Source of the DNA: Candidatus Poribacteria bacterium
GTDB lineage: Bacteria; Poribacteria; WGA-4E; WGA-3G
Reading direction: 5' to 3'
Assembly (NCBI GenBank): GCA_965242965.1
Contig: OZ251518.1
Location: 1,632,001 to 1,696,000, forward strand
DNA: 64,000 nucleotides
Shown: one piece after another, positions 19,209 through 28,603 of the stretch
How the letters are laid out: the number at the start of each line of letters is the position of its first letter
Position numbering within the stretch: the stretch's first letter is position 1
The notes under the pieces: generated by a model
The model's database searches: none
What the model was told of the DNA's origin: nothing
Seen by the model: only the letters and a program-made list of their open reading frames with translations
Program-made: the position numbers and the translations under genes

Positions 19209-20123
19209 TTGAAGAAACACTCTGCCTGTCTTATCATTCTCGTTCTTGTCACGCTCATGAGCTGCGTTACAGCGTTTGCGGACAGCGGCCACGAACACTC
19301 CGGTGACCGGTTGAAAGAATTTATCACCCAACCGCTCACACTGCAACTTGCCGTTGTCGCCTTAGTTGTCTCATTCGTGCTCGGTGGGTTGCACGCGTTG
19401 ACTCCCGGGCATGGAAAAGCGGTTGTCGCGGCGTATTTAGTCGGCTCTAAAGGCAGGATTATTGACGCAGTTTTCTTGGGACTCGTGGTAACTTTTACGC
19501 ATACCTTCAGCGTCATCGCCCTCGGCATAGTGATGCTGTTGGCGGAGAGTTATCTAGTACCACAGGATATCGTCCCATGGCTCAGCCTATTTTCTGGCGT
19601 GTTGATTGCCGGCATCGGCGCTTGGCTTCTGGCAAAAAATATGAAGCAGTATTATGGCGGGCACGGACACAGTCATTCACATGGGCATTCGCATGGGCAC
19701 TCACATGGGCACTCACATGGGCATTCGCATGGGCATGGACACCACCATCATCACGGCGACGGACACAGCCACTCGCACGCGCCAGCGGAGGTGTCAACGC
19801 GCACCGGTTTCTGGGGCCTGTTATCACTCGGCATCTCCGGTGGTATCGTGCCGTGCGTTGACGCGCTTGTGGGCCTGCTCTTTGCCATCAGCCTCAACAA
19901 ACTCACGTGGGGTATCGTTATCTTGTGTGCGTTTTCGTTAGGGCTCGCCGCCGTGTTAGTCGCCATCGGCGTGTTGATGGTAGTGGCGAAGCCGTTTATT
20001 GAGCGATTCACCGGCGAAGGCATCTGGCTCAAACGATTGCCGATTTTCAGTGCCGCTGTCGTGATTATTCTCGGTGCCGTATTGGTATTCAAAGCACTCA
20101 GCGATGTGGGCATCCAGATTTAG
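19209..20123 (+). CDS. RcnA/NicO-family nickel/cobalt transporter with His-rich loop
   Basis: 'HALTPGHGK', 'HTFSV', (GHSH)n loop, 'GGIVPC', 'FSLGLAAVL'. Confidence 0.9.
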   Translation: MKKHSACLIILVLVTLMSCVTAFADSGHEHSGDRLKEFITQPLTLQLAVVALVVSFVLGGLHALTPGHGKAVVAAYLVGSKGRIIDAVFLGLVVTFTHTFSVIALGIVMLLAESYLVPQDIVPWLSLFSGVLIAGIGAWLLAKNMKQYYGGHGHSHSHGHSHGHSHGHSHGHSHGHGHHHHHGDGHSHSHAPAEVSTRTGFWGLLSLGISGGIVPCVDALVGLLFAISLNKLTWGIVILCAFSLGLAAVLVAIGVLMVVAKPFIERFTGEGIWLKRLPIFSAAVVIILGAVLVFKALSDVGIQI

Positions 20124-20164
20124 AGGCTCCAAACATTTCGTGTTTAACGGAAGGGATTTTTGAT

Positions 20165-21049
20165 ATGTCGGATACCATTGGAATTTTAAGCCCCGGCGAT
20201 ATGGGGCATACCGTCGGCGATGTCCTGCGTCAAAACGGGGCGCGCGTCATCACCTGTCTGGAGGGGAGAAGTGCTCGCACTCGCGCGCTCGCCGAAAAAG
20301 CAGGAATTATTGATGTGCCGACGTATCGGCAACTCGTCACCGAGTCAGACTTGGTGCTTTCCATCATGGTGCCAGCACAGGCGATGTCCGCTGCAGAAGT
20401 TGTCGCCGATGCACTGCGCGGGACAGATACGCCGCTGACGTATGCCGATTGCAACGCGATTGCGCCACAAACGGTGCGAGCACTCGGAGAGGTTCTCACA
20501 TCGGCAGGCGGCACATTTGTGGATGCCTCAATCATCGGCCCGCCGCCGCGAACCGCGGGCGCGACTCGGTTCTATGCCTCAGGACCGGAACTTGAAACGT
20601 TTTTGATGCTCAACCGATATGGCTTAGACGTGCGTCCCCTCGGCGACGAAATCGGGCTCGCCTCGGCGATGAAGATGTGTTATGCCTCGTTAACGAAAGG
20701 GTTAACTGCACTCTGCACTGAACTCCTGACTGCGGCGGAAGTCTTAGGCGTTTCGGATGCGCTGACAGCGGAGTTTCGGTTAAGTCAATCCGCACTCTTT
20801 GAACGGATGGAAAAAGGGTTGCCGAGTATGCCGCCGAAGGCAAAACGGTGGATCGGCGAGATGGAGGAAATCTCGGCAACCTTTGAGCATGTCGGGTTAA
20901 CTCCGAAAATTCTAGCCGGTGCGGCGGACATGTATCGTCTCGTTGGCGAAACGCCCCTTGCTAACCTGCCGCCGGAAGCACGAGACCGGTTTCCAACGTT
21001 GGCTGAGCTCATCGCGATTTTGGCGGGACAGATTCAACCGCGCACATAA
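20165..21049 (+). CDS. NAD(P)-dependent oxidoreductase (6PGD/HIBADH-like, DUF1932 C-terminus)
   Basis: 'GILSPGDMG', 'DASIIGPPP', 'ASAMKMCYA...KG', 'RWIGEMEEI'. Confidence 0.88.
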   Translation: MSDTIGILSPGDMGHTVGDVLRQNGARVITCLEGRSARTRALAEKAGIIDVPTYRQLVTESDLVLSIMVPAQAMSAAEVVADALRGTDTPLTYADCNAIAPQTVRALGEVLTSAGGTFVDASIIGPPPRTAGATRFYASGPELETFLMLNRYGLDVRPLGDEIGLASAMKMCYASLTKGLTALCTELLTAAEVLGVSDALTAEFRLSQSALFERMEKGLPSMPPKAKRWIGEMEEISATFEHVGLTPKILAGAADMYRLVGETPLANLPPEARDRFPTLAELIAILAGQIQPRT

Positions 21050-21061
21050 CCTTCCTGGGCC

Positions 21062-21092
21062 CGTAGGACGGAGGATAGCCTCTCGTCCTACG
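21062..21092. terminator. GTAG..CTAC palindrome between convergent genes; possible terminator or REP
   Basis: cgtaggacggaggatagcctctcgtcctacg. Confidence 0.5.
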
Positions 21093-21915
21093 GGCTAGCG
21101 GCGTTTTCTTCCGCTGCCTCACCTTCCGCCGATTCCATAATCCATTTTTCAAACGCGGCGGTATCCTTGAAAAATGAACGCATCAGCGCAAATTCAGCGG
21201 GAGACGCGATGGCGCACCGCAAAAGCCCCTCCGATGCATCGTGCTTCTCTAGACGTTCGCGCCACGCGCGCTGATACACTGCTGTATGCATGGCGGCAAG
21301 TTCATCAGGAATTGCACCTGCCTGTATCATTTTCTGGAAAAACAGCGGAAAAGAGATGCCCTTGAGCTCTGTCTGTATGAATTCGGCATAAGGTTTTGCC
21401 AGATATTCCTTTCTCAGTTCGCTGTGTTCATCCGTGTTAAGGACGGCGAATCCCTTTTCTGCAATCAGATGCCGCACCTTGAAATAGTAACCGACGAAGA
21501 TTTGCAACTCTTTCGCCGATGTCTCCGGTGAAAAGGCATCCTTGAACGCGAATAACACAGCGGTTTTGCGCTTCGGTGTCGGCATCTCGGCAACGTAGGC
21601 AGGAAAATCGGGATAGTCCTTCCCCACCTGCTCCTTCAGATAAGCGAGATAGCGTGCTGTGGACAAACTTGCATCTACCGGAACGCCGCTTTTCAGCAGT
21701 GCCCCGAGCAGTTGTTGTTGCGTCTCGGTTAACGGAGTCCGGGCCAATATCTCTAACGCCGTTTTGCGCTGTGATCCCTTGTCGACGAGTTCTTTCATGT
21801 CCTTCACGATGTCGCCGACTGGGGCTTGTTCTTCCGCGTTTGCTAGACAGAGCGGCAGAACGAGAAAAAGGAACAACATCCCGTTCCCGATTCTTGCGAG
21901 GATGGTTTGTCTCAC
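21088..21915 (-). CDS. Exported hypothetical helical protein
   Basis: 275-aa ORF with signal peptide; 4-nt overlap with upstream gene. Confidence 0.7.
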   Translation of the reverse strand: MRQTILARIGNGMLFLFLVLPLCLANAEEQAPVGDIVKDMKELVDKGSQRKTALEILARTPLTETQQQLLGALLKSGVPVDASLSTARYLAYLKEQVGKDYPDFPAYVAEMPTPKRKTAVLFAFKDAFSPETSAKELQIFVGYYFKVRHLIAEKGFAVLNTDEHSELRKEYLAKPYAEFIQTELKGISFPLFFQKMIQAGAIPDELAAMHTAVYQRAWRERLEKHDASEGLLRCAIASPAEFALMRSFFKDTAAFEKWIMESAEGEAAEENAASP

Positions 21916-22904
21916 GGTTGCACCTCCGTTGGTAAAGGTTGTTCAATGCGCAGCGTTGCTTCGGATGCTGCAGGCGGCTGTTCATCGGCAACCCAAGCCT
22001 CTATTTCCGCCGATGAACCGAAGCGTTCCAGCAGCCAATTTGCCGCCTCTTCGTCGGTTTCAAGCAGATGCAAGACTCCTTCATCAGTGCCGTGGGAAGA
22101 CAGTGTATCTCGGATAGTTGTTATCCGCGATGCCGACATCGGCGCAGGCGCGTCAGGTTGAGATGCCGCGCTCTCCACAGAGGCGGCCGGCGATGTCAAC
22201 GAAGTTTCTCCCGACACAGCGGGCGCGAAGAGAGACGACATATCTGGTGGAACAGTAAACGGTTCTGCTTCTAATTCGCCAGCGACGAGGATTTGTTCCA
22301 TCAGCCACCCCATTCCCGTGCTGAGGTCCCCTTTGAAGTAGGCCAGGTCCCATAGTAAAAAATCCTGGTCTTCGTGCACGAGTTCCTCGACAACCGTGAG
22401 GACTTCTCGAAAGTCACCAGGGGTCTCAAAGACAATCGCATGAACCTTTGCTGCCATTTCGGGTTCGTAATCCGCCGGATCTCCGCCGGGACCGCGTTCT
22501 TGAAATGCCGCTAGTGCGATTTCCCCAATATCGATGCGCTCTACGCCTTGTGCATCGGCGAAAGTATCAAATATCTCCTGTAAGGAGAAATGGATATCCG
22601 GTCCGTCGGCAAGCGTTTTCCCTTCAAACCGTTGAACGAGTGACTGGTGGAGCTGCTGTTTAACAGCGTCCATTTTCGCCGTCTGTTCGGCAGTTGGAGC
22701 CGGACTCCCTGACTGAGGTGTTTTCACAACTTCCTCAGTGTCGCGCGCAGGGGTTGTGCTGACGGCCGGCTCATCCGTTTGGCGTGTTATGTTCTCTGGC
22801 GCAATCGGGGCCTCCGTTTGGGAACGCGACACCATAAAAAGTGCCACGCCAATCAGGCAAACGAGACAGACACCGAGAACCGTCGAAAAAAAACGGGTTT
22901 TCAT
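21912..22904 (-). CDS. Membrane-anchored acidic hypothetical protein
   Basis: AGGAGG RBS; N-terminal TM, Pro/Thr linker, acidic body. Confidence 0.75.
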   Translation of the reverse strand: MKTRFFSTVLGVCLVCLIGVALFMVSRSQTEAPIAPENITRQTDEPAVSTTPARDTEEVVKTPQSGSPAPTAEQTAKMDAVKQQLHQSLVQRFEGKTLADGPDIHFSLQEIFDTFADAQGVERIDIGEIALAAFQERGPGGDPADYEPEMAAKVHAIVFETPGDFREVLTVVEELVHEDQDFLLWDLAYFKGDLSTGMGWLMEQILVAGELEAEPFTVPPDMSSLFAPAVSGETSLTSPAASVESAASQPDAPAPMSASRITTIRDTLSSHGTDEGVLHLLETDEEAANWLLERFGSSAEIEAWVADEQPPAASEATLRIEQPLPTEVQP

Positions 22905-22916
22905 GAGAATCCTCCT

Positions 22917-23621
22917 TTAGCGTTTGCGGAATTCTTGTTCTATCATCTTCCGCCGTTCTGCCGGCGAAGCGTTACGAAACTTCATGGCTTTGCCCGGGTC
23001 CAGTTGAGATTTTCCGGGCTGTCTGTTCGGCTTGTGACTCTCCGCGGCTTTTTCGCCTTCGTTACGCGGTTTGGCATCCACATTTGCGCGCGTCTCAAAA
23101 CCACGGCGCGAACGTGATTGTGTTAGGAATTGCAGCGAACCTGCCTTCAGTGTTATCGCCTTTCCCGCTTCGTCCAAGACAACTTGTTTCGATTGAATAT
23201 CCTTCACCGTTGCGTTGCCTACCTTTTCGCCGATGGTGACGAAGTAATAGCGGTTCGCCCGGGTCTCCTGCAAAATCGCCTGCGCTATCGCCGTGTCGGT
23301 GTCAACAACGGTGCCGAGCAGCCGATACGACGGTGCCTCATTCGGCTTTCTCCAGCCGAGAGGCCGAAAGAGATTGTTGTCGATGATGACGCGATAAAAC
23401 GCTTCGTTCTCGCCGAAGTCGGCTTGACGTTGATGCGCGCGGGCTCGTGCGCGTTGTTGCGTCGCAGTTTTTTGATTCGTCGTCCTAGCCTCAGATTGTG
23501 TGGCGATGGCATCACCCGCGGGTTTCTCTTGCGCATCAGGGGCTCGGATTGCAAGCACCATAAATAGGCACACCACGCATCCGATGCCCACACTGCAGGT
23601 AATCTTCAGCAGTAAGTTCAT
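22917..23621 (-). CDS. GspC/PilP-like (type II secretion protein C-like) membrane protein
   Basis: AGGAGG RBS; TM, then 'NNLFRP...YRLLGTV...AILQ...IGEKVGNATVKDIQSKQVVL'. Confidence 0.65.
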   Translation of the reverse strand: MNLLLKITCSVGIGCVVCLFMVLAIRAPDAQEKPAGDAIATQSEARTTNQKTATQQRARARAHQRQADFGENEAFYRVIIDNNLFRPLGWRKPNEAPSYRLLGTVVDTDTAIAQAILQETRANRYYFVTIGEKVGNATVKDIQSKQVVLDEAGKAITLKAGSLQFLTQSRSRRGFETRANVDAKPRNEGEKAAESHKPNRQPGKSQLDPGKAMKFRNASPAERRKMIEQEFRKR

Positions 23622-23920
23622 GCTTAACCTCCTACTAACATTGTCGGACATTTTTTGCAAAGTGCCCCAACTTTTTGACGATATCCGCGCTTTAACACCT
23701 ATAGACGTGATTTTGAGGCAAAAGGCCCCAAAAAACAGTGAAAAAAAAATGATGCCGAGCCGGAAACCGAAATTTTTCTGCTAAAATCCGGTCGATTTTT
23801 TGAAAAATGTGAAGTCTGAGATGCTGCTGACATATTATATCCAATCGCACCTTTTCGTGCATCTTGAAAACGCTTTTGCCCCTTTTGGGGTAATTTCACT
23901 GATTCGCGGCGGGAATTTAT

Positions 23921-23936
23921 TGGCATAGAATTTGCA
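23921..23936 (+). promoter_or_regulatory. sigma54 (-24/-12) promoter
   Basis: TGGCATAGAATTTGCA, GG-N10-GC spacing, about 70 nt upstream of ATG 24006. Confidence 0.65.
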
Positions 23937-24005
23937 CGTATCTTTGCAATAAGTTTTGTAACGACGCGCGTTAAGACGCGCAAATATCTTTTGGAGGACG
24001 AAACC

Positions 24006-25478
24006 ATGAGTGCGAAAAGAACTTCAAGCGCGCTGATGACATCACTAGTGCTACACCTCGTCATCGCGCTTATCGCTGGGTTCTACCTCATCAGTCAAAC
24101 GGACTATTTTGAGGCTGTTTTTGATATTGACTTCCTTGACACGGAGCCGCCGAAACCGCCAAGAGTGCGGGAGATTCTCATCCGAAAACCAATTAGGCCG
24201 TCCGCATCGCCGCAGCACACGGTTGTTTCTGAACCTGTTCAGGTGAAACCGCATGTCACGAAGGCATTTGATAAACCTACCGTTTTCCAGCCGCAGCAGG
24301 TGCTGGAATTCACAAATGAGGTTGTCAAGGTAGACGCGCCGATGAACCCGAACGTGCCAAGTGTTGTCGTGTCAAATACGCAACCGCAGGTGTGGACGCA
24401 GGCAGCACTGCCGGTATCCGATGCGCCCGGGGCGTTAGTTTTCTCATCCCCAGTGGCGACTGCACCTTCCGCAGGGCCCGCCCGTGTGAATAGGGGTGCA
24501 GCGGGACATGTCCAACTCAAGGTTACATTTAAGCGGCCGCCGGTACTTGCGATGGTTCAGCACGTCGGTGCTGTGAACAGCGGATTGAATGATGTCGTGA
24601 AAAGCATCTCACTCGGCGGTGAGGACGTGCAACCGCTTGAAAGAGGCAACCCGGGTGGAACAGTTGTCGGTAAAGGCCGCGACATCCGCGGTGTTTTCCG
24701 TTTTACGCGTATTCGTCACAGCCTTTCCGACTGGTGGGCTGATGCGTCTTCGTTGAACGCCTTGACGAAATGGCTCAACGAACGCACGAAGATCAAGACA
24801 GACATGAACGTTGAGGGTGGCGCAGTAAAGTTGACTGATGCCAATCTGTTAAAAATGCCGCTTGCGTTTATGACAGGGCATGATCCTTCGCTTACGCGTT
24901 CCCGGAACTTACTCGGCAGACAGTATGGCGGCGGGAAAATGGATAGCCGATTTTCTGAGGCAGAGGCTGCTGGGCTGCGCCGGTATCTTGTCGAGAAAGG
25001 CGGGTTCCTCGTCTTTGACGACTGCGGTGTGAACGCGCCCGCGCAGGCGATGGTGCGCCTCTTCCTCGCGCAGATGCGTTATGTCATGCCGGAATACCAG
25101 ATCGAACGTATCCCGAATCACCACGAGGTTTACAACAACTTCTATGAAATGGGCGGCCCACCGGTTGGCTTTGACATCTTCTGGTGGGGGACGCGCCCGC
25201 CGAAACGGAACTACCTTGAAGGTATCTCTGTCGGCGAGAAGTTGTCTGTCATCGTCGTCCGTCGCGACTACATGTGCGCGATGGAGTCGGTGAGCCTTCC
25301 GACGCGGAGTGTGCACTATTCGCCGGGTGTGTATCGTTTCATGACGAACGTTGTCGTGTATGCGCTGACACACGGCGGAATTTCGGATTATTCCAATTAT
25401 GTGCCGGCGGATACGTTGGCGAATAAGGAGCTGCCGACGCGTGCGCCGCAAGCGGCGAAGGTAGGTGGTTTTGAATAG
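24006..25478 (+). CDS. DUF4159 domain protein with TonB-like N-terminal anchor and Pro-rich linker
   Basis: 'SLVLHL' TM; 'PLAFMTGH...LRRYLVEKGGFLVFDDC...IPNHHEVY...NVVVYALTHG'. Confidence 0.8.
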   Translation: MSAKRTSSALMTSLVLHLVIALIAGFYLISQTDYFEAVFDIDFLDTEPPKPPRVREILIRKPIRPSASPQHTVVSEPVQVKPHVTKAFDKPTVFQPQQVLEFTNEVVKVDAPMNPNVPSVVVSNTQPQVWTQAALPVSDAPGALVFSSPVATAPSAGPARVNRGAAGHVQLKVTFKRPPVLAMVQHVGAVNSGLNDVVKSISLGGEDVQPLERGNPGGTVVGKGRDIRGVFRFTRIRHSLSDWWADASSLNALTKWLNERTKIKTDMNVEGGAVKLTDANLLKMPLAFMTGHDPSLTRSRNLLGRQYGGGKMDSRFSEAEAAGLRRYLVEKGGFLVFDDCGVNAPAQAMVRLFLAQMRYVMPEYQIERIPNHHEVYNNFYEMGGPPVGFDIFWWGTRPPKRNYLEGISVGEKLSVIVVRRDYMCAMESVSLPTRSVHYSPGVYRFMTNVVVYALTHGGISDYSNYVPADTLANKELPTRAPQAAKVGGFE

Positions 25479-25489
25479 TGAAGGAGACT

Positions 25490-25529
25490 CGATTCCTCTC
25501 TGTAGCCTTCGTGCTGCAGAGGGGAATTT
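25490..25529. terminator. Hairpin between convergent genes
   Basis: attcctctctgtagc...gctgcagaggggaat followed by tt. Confidence 0.55.
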
Positions 25530-25554
25530 GGTGTCAATTAGGGATATGTCGCGG

Positions 25555-26376
25555 TTAACCCCTATATAATTCGTTTAAGCATCCAGAAAGTCCTAACAAC
25601 CGGAGCTCTCGCGCAACATAATCGATGACAGCCTTTTCCAGCGCGAAAGGATAATTGTCTCCGTGCTGCTTGGCAATGCCCGGGCCATATCGTTGCATCA
25701 TCGCTGCCAGCCGAAGATGCGCTTTTGCCAGACTTTCTTTCTCTATGCCGTTCATTGTTAACGCCGCCTCAATTTCTTTTCGGTGCTCTTGCGGCAAGAA
25801 AACGTTGACATTTTTCACGCCTCTATCGCGTTGTTTCCCACCGCCGATAATCAGTACTTCCGTAAGCGACATCACCACAAATGTCGTTCCCATGAACCCC
25901 GCGATGTGTTCTTCACGTCCGAGGACTGTAGGCAAAATGGCGAGCAGCCGCCAAAACTCGTTGAAATGCCGCGCTAATTCTGAAGCAACATCTTTCGGTT
26001 CGCTGTTTTCCTGTGCATCCTTGAATTGAATGCTTTCTTGAACTGCATACAACAAGCGAACTGCTGTCCGGTCCCGTAAAATCGTTGTCCCAGAATGCAC
26101 CCAGACATCAAGACGCAGTCCCACCACGGTAATACCGGTTATCATTTGCCCCGGAAATGTCTCCCGAAAAAGGATTAAGGGCTGAATATCGGATAGCCAC
26201 GATTCAAGGCCTTGCTGGAATACCTCCTCATTCTCTGGCGCAACCAAGAGGTGGATATCGATGTCCGAGTATCTATCAGCGGTGTTTTTCGCGAAGCTTC
26301 CTTCAAGCCAAGCTGCTAGCACTCGCGTATCGGAATCGGCTTTGCTTTGGAGGGAATTCAAGTATTCTTGGTGCAT
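25555..26376 (-). CDS. Pol-beta-type nucleotidyltransferase domain protein (AadK/Lnu-like architecture)
   Basis: 'GSFAKNTADRYSDIDI' motif, third Asp in 'RLDV', helical C-terminus. Confidence 0.82.
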   Translation of the reverse strand: MHQEYLNSLQSKADSDTRVLAAWLEGSFAKNTADRYSDIDIHLLVAPENEEVFQQGLESWLSDIQPLILFRETFPGQMITGITVVGLRLDVWVHSGTTILRDRTAVRLLYAVQESIQFKDAQENSEPKDVASELARHFNEFWRLLAILPTVLGREEHIAGFMGTTFVVMSLTEVLIIGGGKQRDRGVKNVNVFLPQEHRKEIEAALTMNGIEKESLAKAHLRLAAMMQRYGPGIAKQHGDNYPFALEKAVIDYVARELRLLGLSGCLNELYRG

Positions 26377-26501
26377 TTTTTTTCTCCTAAAAGTTGAATC
26401 TGGTGGCATGCCGCCAATCTCCCCATGTTTCATAAGTTCCTCCGTTCTCTTGTAAGAAAGTATACCAAAATGCGCCGTTTAATGCCACAATGCTAGAAAA
26501 C

Positions 26502-27040
26502 TGAGGGGGTTTCATAACTCGTTGTTGTCAAAATGGTTTCGTGATACCCTGAACGATTCCGTTTCCGCGGTAGGAGAGCCGTCCTGGTCTCAATGCGAGC
26601 GATGCTCCCGTAGGAGAGCCCTCCTGGTCTCCATGCAATTTGTCCTCTGTCCCTCGCCATGCGGCGATCGCGGGGGAAACCCGCTCGGATGCGCGTGTGG
26701 CATCCGAGGGCCCCCGCGCTAGGGGAAAAAACGGCCTCCCTTCACCGTAGGGCGAGGGCCTGTCCCTCGCCGTGCCCGGACCCTATAAAAGACCGTAGTT
26801 CGGGAGCACCCGGTCTTGAACGGGTCGACGGTAAAAAAACGCCCCGGGTTACCGTAGGGCGAGGGCCTGTCCCTCGCCGTGCCTAGACCTTGGAAAAGAC
26901 CGTAGTTCGGGAGCGCCCGCTCCCGAACGGGTCAAGATCAGGCGATCTTGACCTACAGAGGGGGCCTGTCTTACCGTAGGGCGGGGGCCTGTCCCTCGCC
27001 ATGCAACGATCGCGGGGGACAGGCCCCCGCGCTACGGGAA
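26502..27040. repeat. Composite array with TIR half-site (B, B, A2, A, C, A...)
   Basis: tgagggggtttcata at 26502; its first ~70 bp match the reverse complement of 31200-31272. Confidence 0.85.
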
Positions 27041-27293
27041 AAAACGGCACTCGTTCTCTTCAGGTCCTTTTTTTATAAAAAAACGCATTTTTCTCCATTT
27101 CGAGCGACCGTTTTCGCGTTTTAAACGTCTTATCTTATGAAAAACGACATCGCGGGCGACCGTTTTCCCGTTTCAAACGTCTTATCAAACAAAGAAACGG
27201 CGCGCGGAAGTCCCCGATTTTGCTTTCAATCTTGTCTGATGTTGTGATATAATACGCGACACGGACGCGAAAAATAGGAGGATACCCACACGT

Positions 27294-27443
27294 ATGTGCT
27301 ACAACCCTGATGAGCCTTTCCTCGACAACGGAGAAACATCTGCAACCGATGCCGAACTCGTCGCGCGCAGCCTGACAGGTGATGACGACGCGCTTGTTGA
27401 GTTGCTCGTCAAATATGAGGCCCTCGTGCGGGAAGTCAGATGA
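27294..27443 (+). pseudogene. Truncated ECF sigma factor N-terminus (49 aa)
   Basis: AGGAGG and TGnTATAAT upstream; 'TDAELVARSLTGDDDALVELLVKYEALV' resembles ECF region 1.2/2.1, then TGA. Confidence 0.6.
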
Positions 27444-27606
27444 ATCGTCCGATGCGTAGGGCACAGCGTTTTTCGTGCTGCATCCGTTTATCTGCTCCTA
27501 TCTGTTTTTAGCAGAAACATCGTTCACGTTCGCGCGAAACGTTCGCGTAGACAGAGATAACGTTTATGAACGGCGCGTCATCAAAAGCGCGCAAGGAGAA
27601 TTTGTA

Positions 27607-28584
27607 ATGAAACCGAAAACGATGGTTATCGCGATTGGCATCCTCATTGCCTTCTGCGCTGGCATCTTCTTTTATGCCGAATGGCAAAAGAAAGCGTTTG
27701 ATGCATCGCTACCACAACCACCGCCTCCGGAACAGGCGGCTCACGCGGATCCCCACGCCGGCCACAACCACGGCCCAGGCGAACACCACGGCAACATGAT
27801 TGAGGTTGAATATCTCGAAGCGCCGCCGGAACAGCTGAGCAACGCAGAAATTGCCTCCCTCCACGCAGGGCTCCCACCTTCATCGGTGCAGGAAGACATT
27901 CCCGAACGCTATCAGCTGCCAAAAGAGTGGAGAAACGTCTATGCATACGAAGCGGGTAAAGAGAGACAAACCAATCCTGACATACCGCTCACCGAGATGC
28001 AAGAGTTTCTCTATCAAGTCACCGTCTATGTGGTTGAAAATCACAACCCGGGACGTCCTATTGCAGAAGTATGGCCCGCCTTCATGGAGGCGGAATTCAT
28101 CTACAACAGCCTCGCCGAACAGGACCTCGGTTTCTTCCCCGGCGAGTATGGCGGCAGCCGCGTCGAATGGGATTATGAGCAGGTTTGGGGGTTCCCAGAA
28201 GTTTACGAACTCGTCCTTAACCATATCAAGGAAGGTTCAAAACCCAATCCGCTCACGTATCTGGTTTACCAAATCGAACTCGGATTAGATTCACCCAATT
28301 GGAATGTTATTCCACTACCAGATGGGCGATCCTTCCGAACACGCCGAAACTACTACTATGAGTTCCGGTACCCTGGTGGTGGATACAGTTGTAACTTCGT
28401 CAGCAAAGAGAAAGCCGAAAGGGTCGTCGTCGTTGACAATATTTTTGAAACCAGCGACGAAGAGCTTGAACGGATTAGTGGATGGGACTACAACATCAAC
28501 CCCTTCACCGGGCGGACAATCAAGCGTTACCGCGCGCAGAGTACCCCTGAACCCGATGGAGAGGTTCACGTTTTCTTTCAATAA
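27607..28584 (+). CDS. Membrane-anchored hypothetical protein with His-rich linker
   Basis: AAGGAG RBS; TM, 'PQPPPP', 'HADPHAGHNHGPGEHH', acidic/aromatic domain. Confidence 0.75.
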   Translation: MKPKTMVIAIGILIAFCAGIFFYAEWQKKAFDASLPQPPPPEQAAHADPHAGHNHGPGEHHGNMIEVEYLEAPPEQLSNAEIASLHAGLPPSSVQEDIPERYQLPKEWRNVYAYEAGKERQTNPDIPLTEMQEFLYQVTVYVVENHNPGRPIAEVWPAFMEAEFIYNSLAEQDLGFFPGEYGGSRVEWDYEQVWGFPEVYELVLNHIKEGSKPNPLTYLVYQIELGLDSPNWNVIPLPDGRSFRTRRNYYYEFRYPGGGYSCNFVSKEKAERVVVVDNIFETSDEELERISGWDYNINPFTGRTIKRYRAQSTPEPDGEVHVFFQ

Positions 28585-28603
28585 CGGAGGATAATTTTAA
28601 AGC

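Noticed and set aside
26522-26886. Short ORFs with RRARACPSP / RGTGPRAT / GDRPPRYG peptides (also near 2960, 8678, 32299, 34866-35381, 38026, 41666-41941, 51324-51887, 56581-56962, 59810-60529, 62195-62671)
   Set aside because: They are translations of the palindromic modules with no RBS or family signal.
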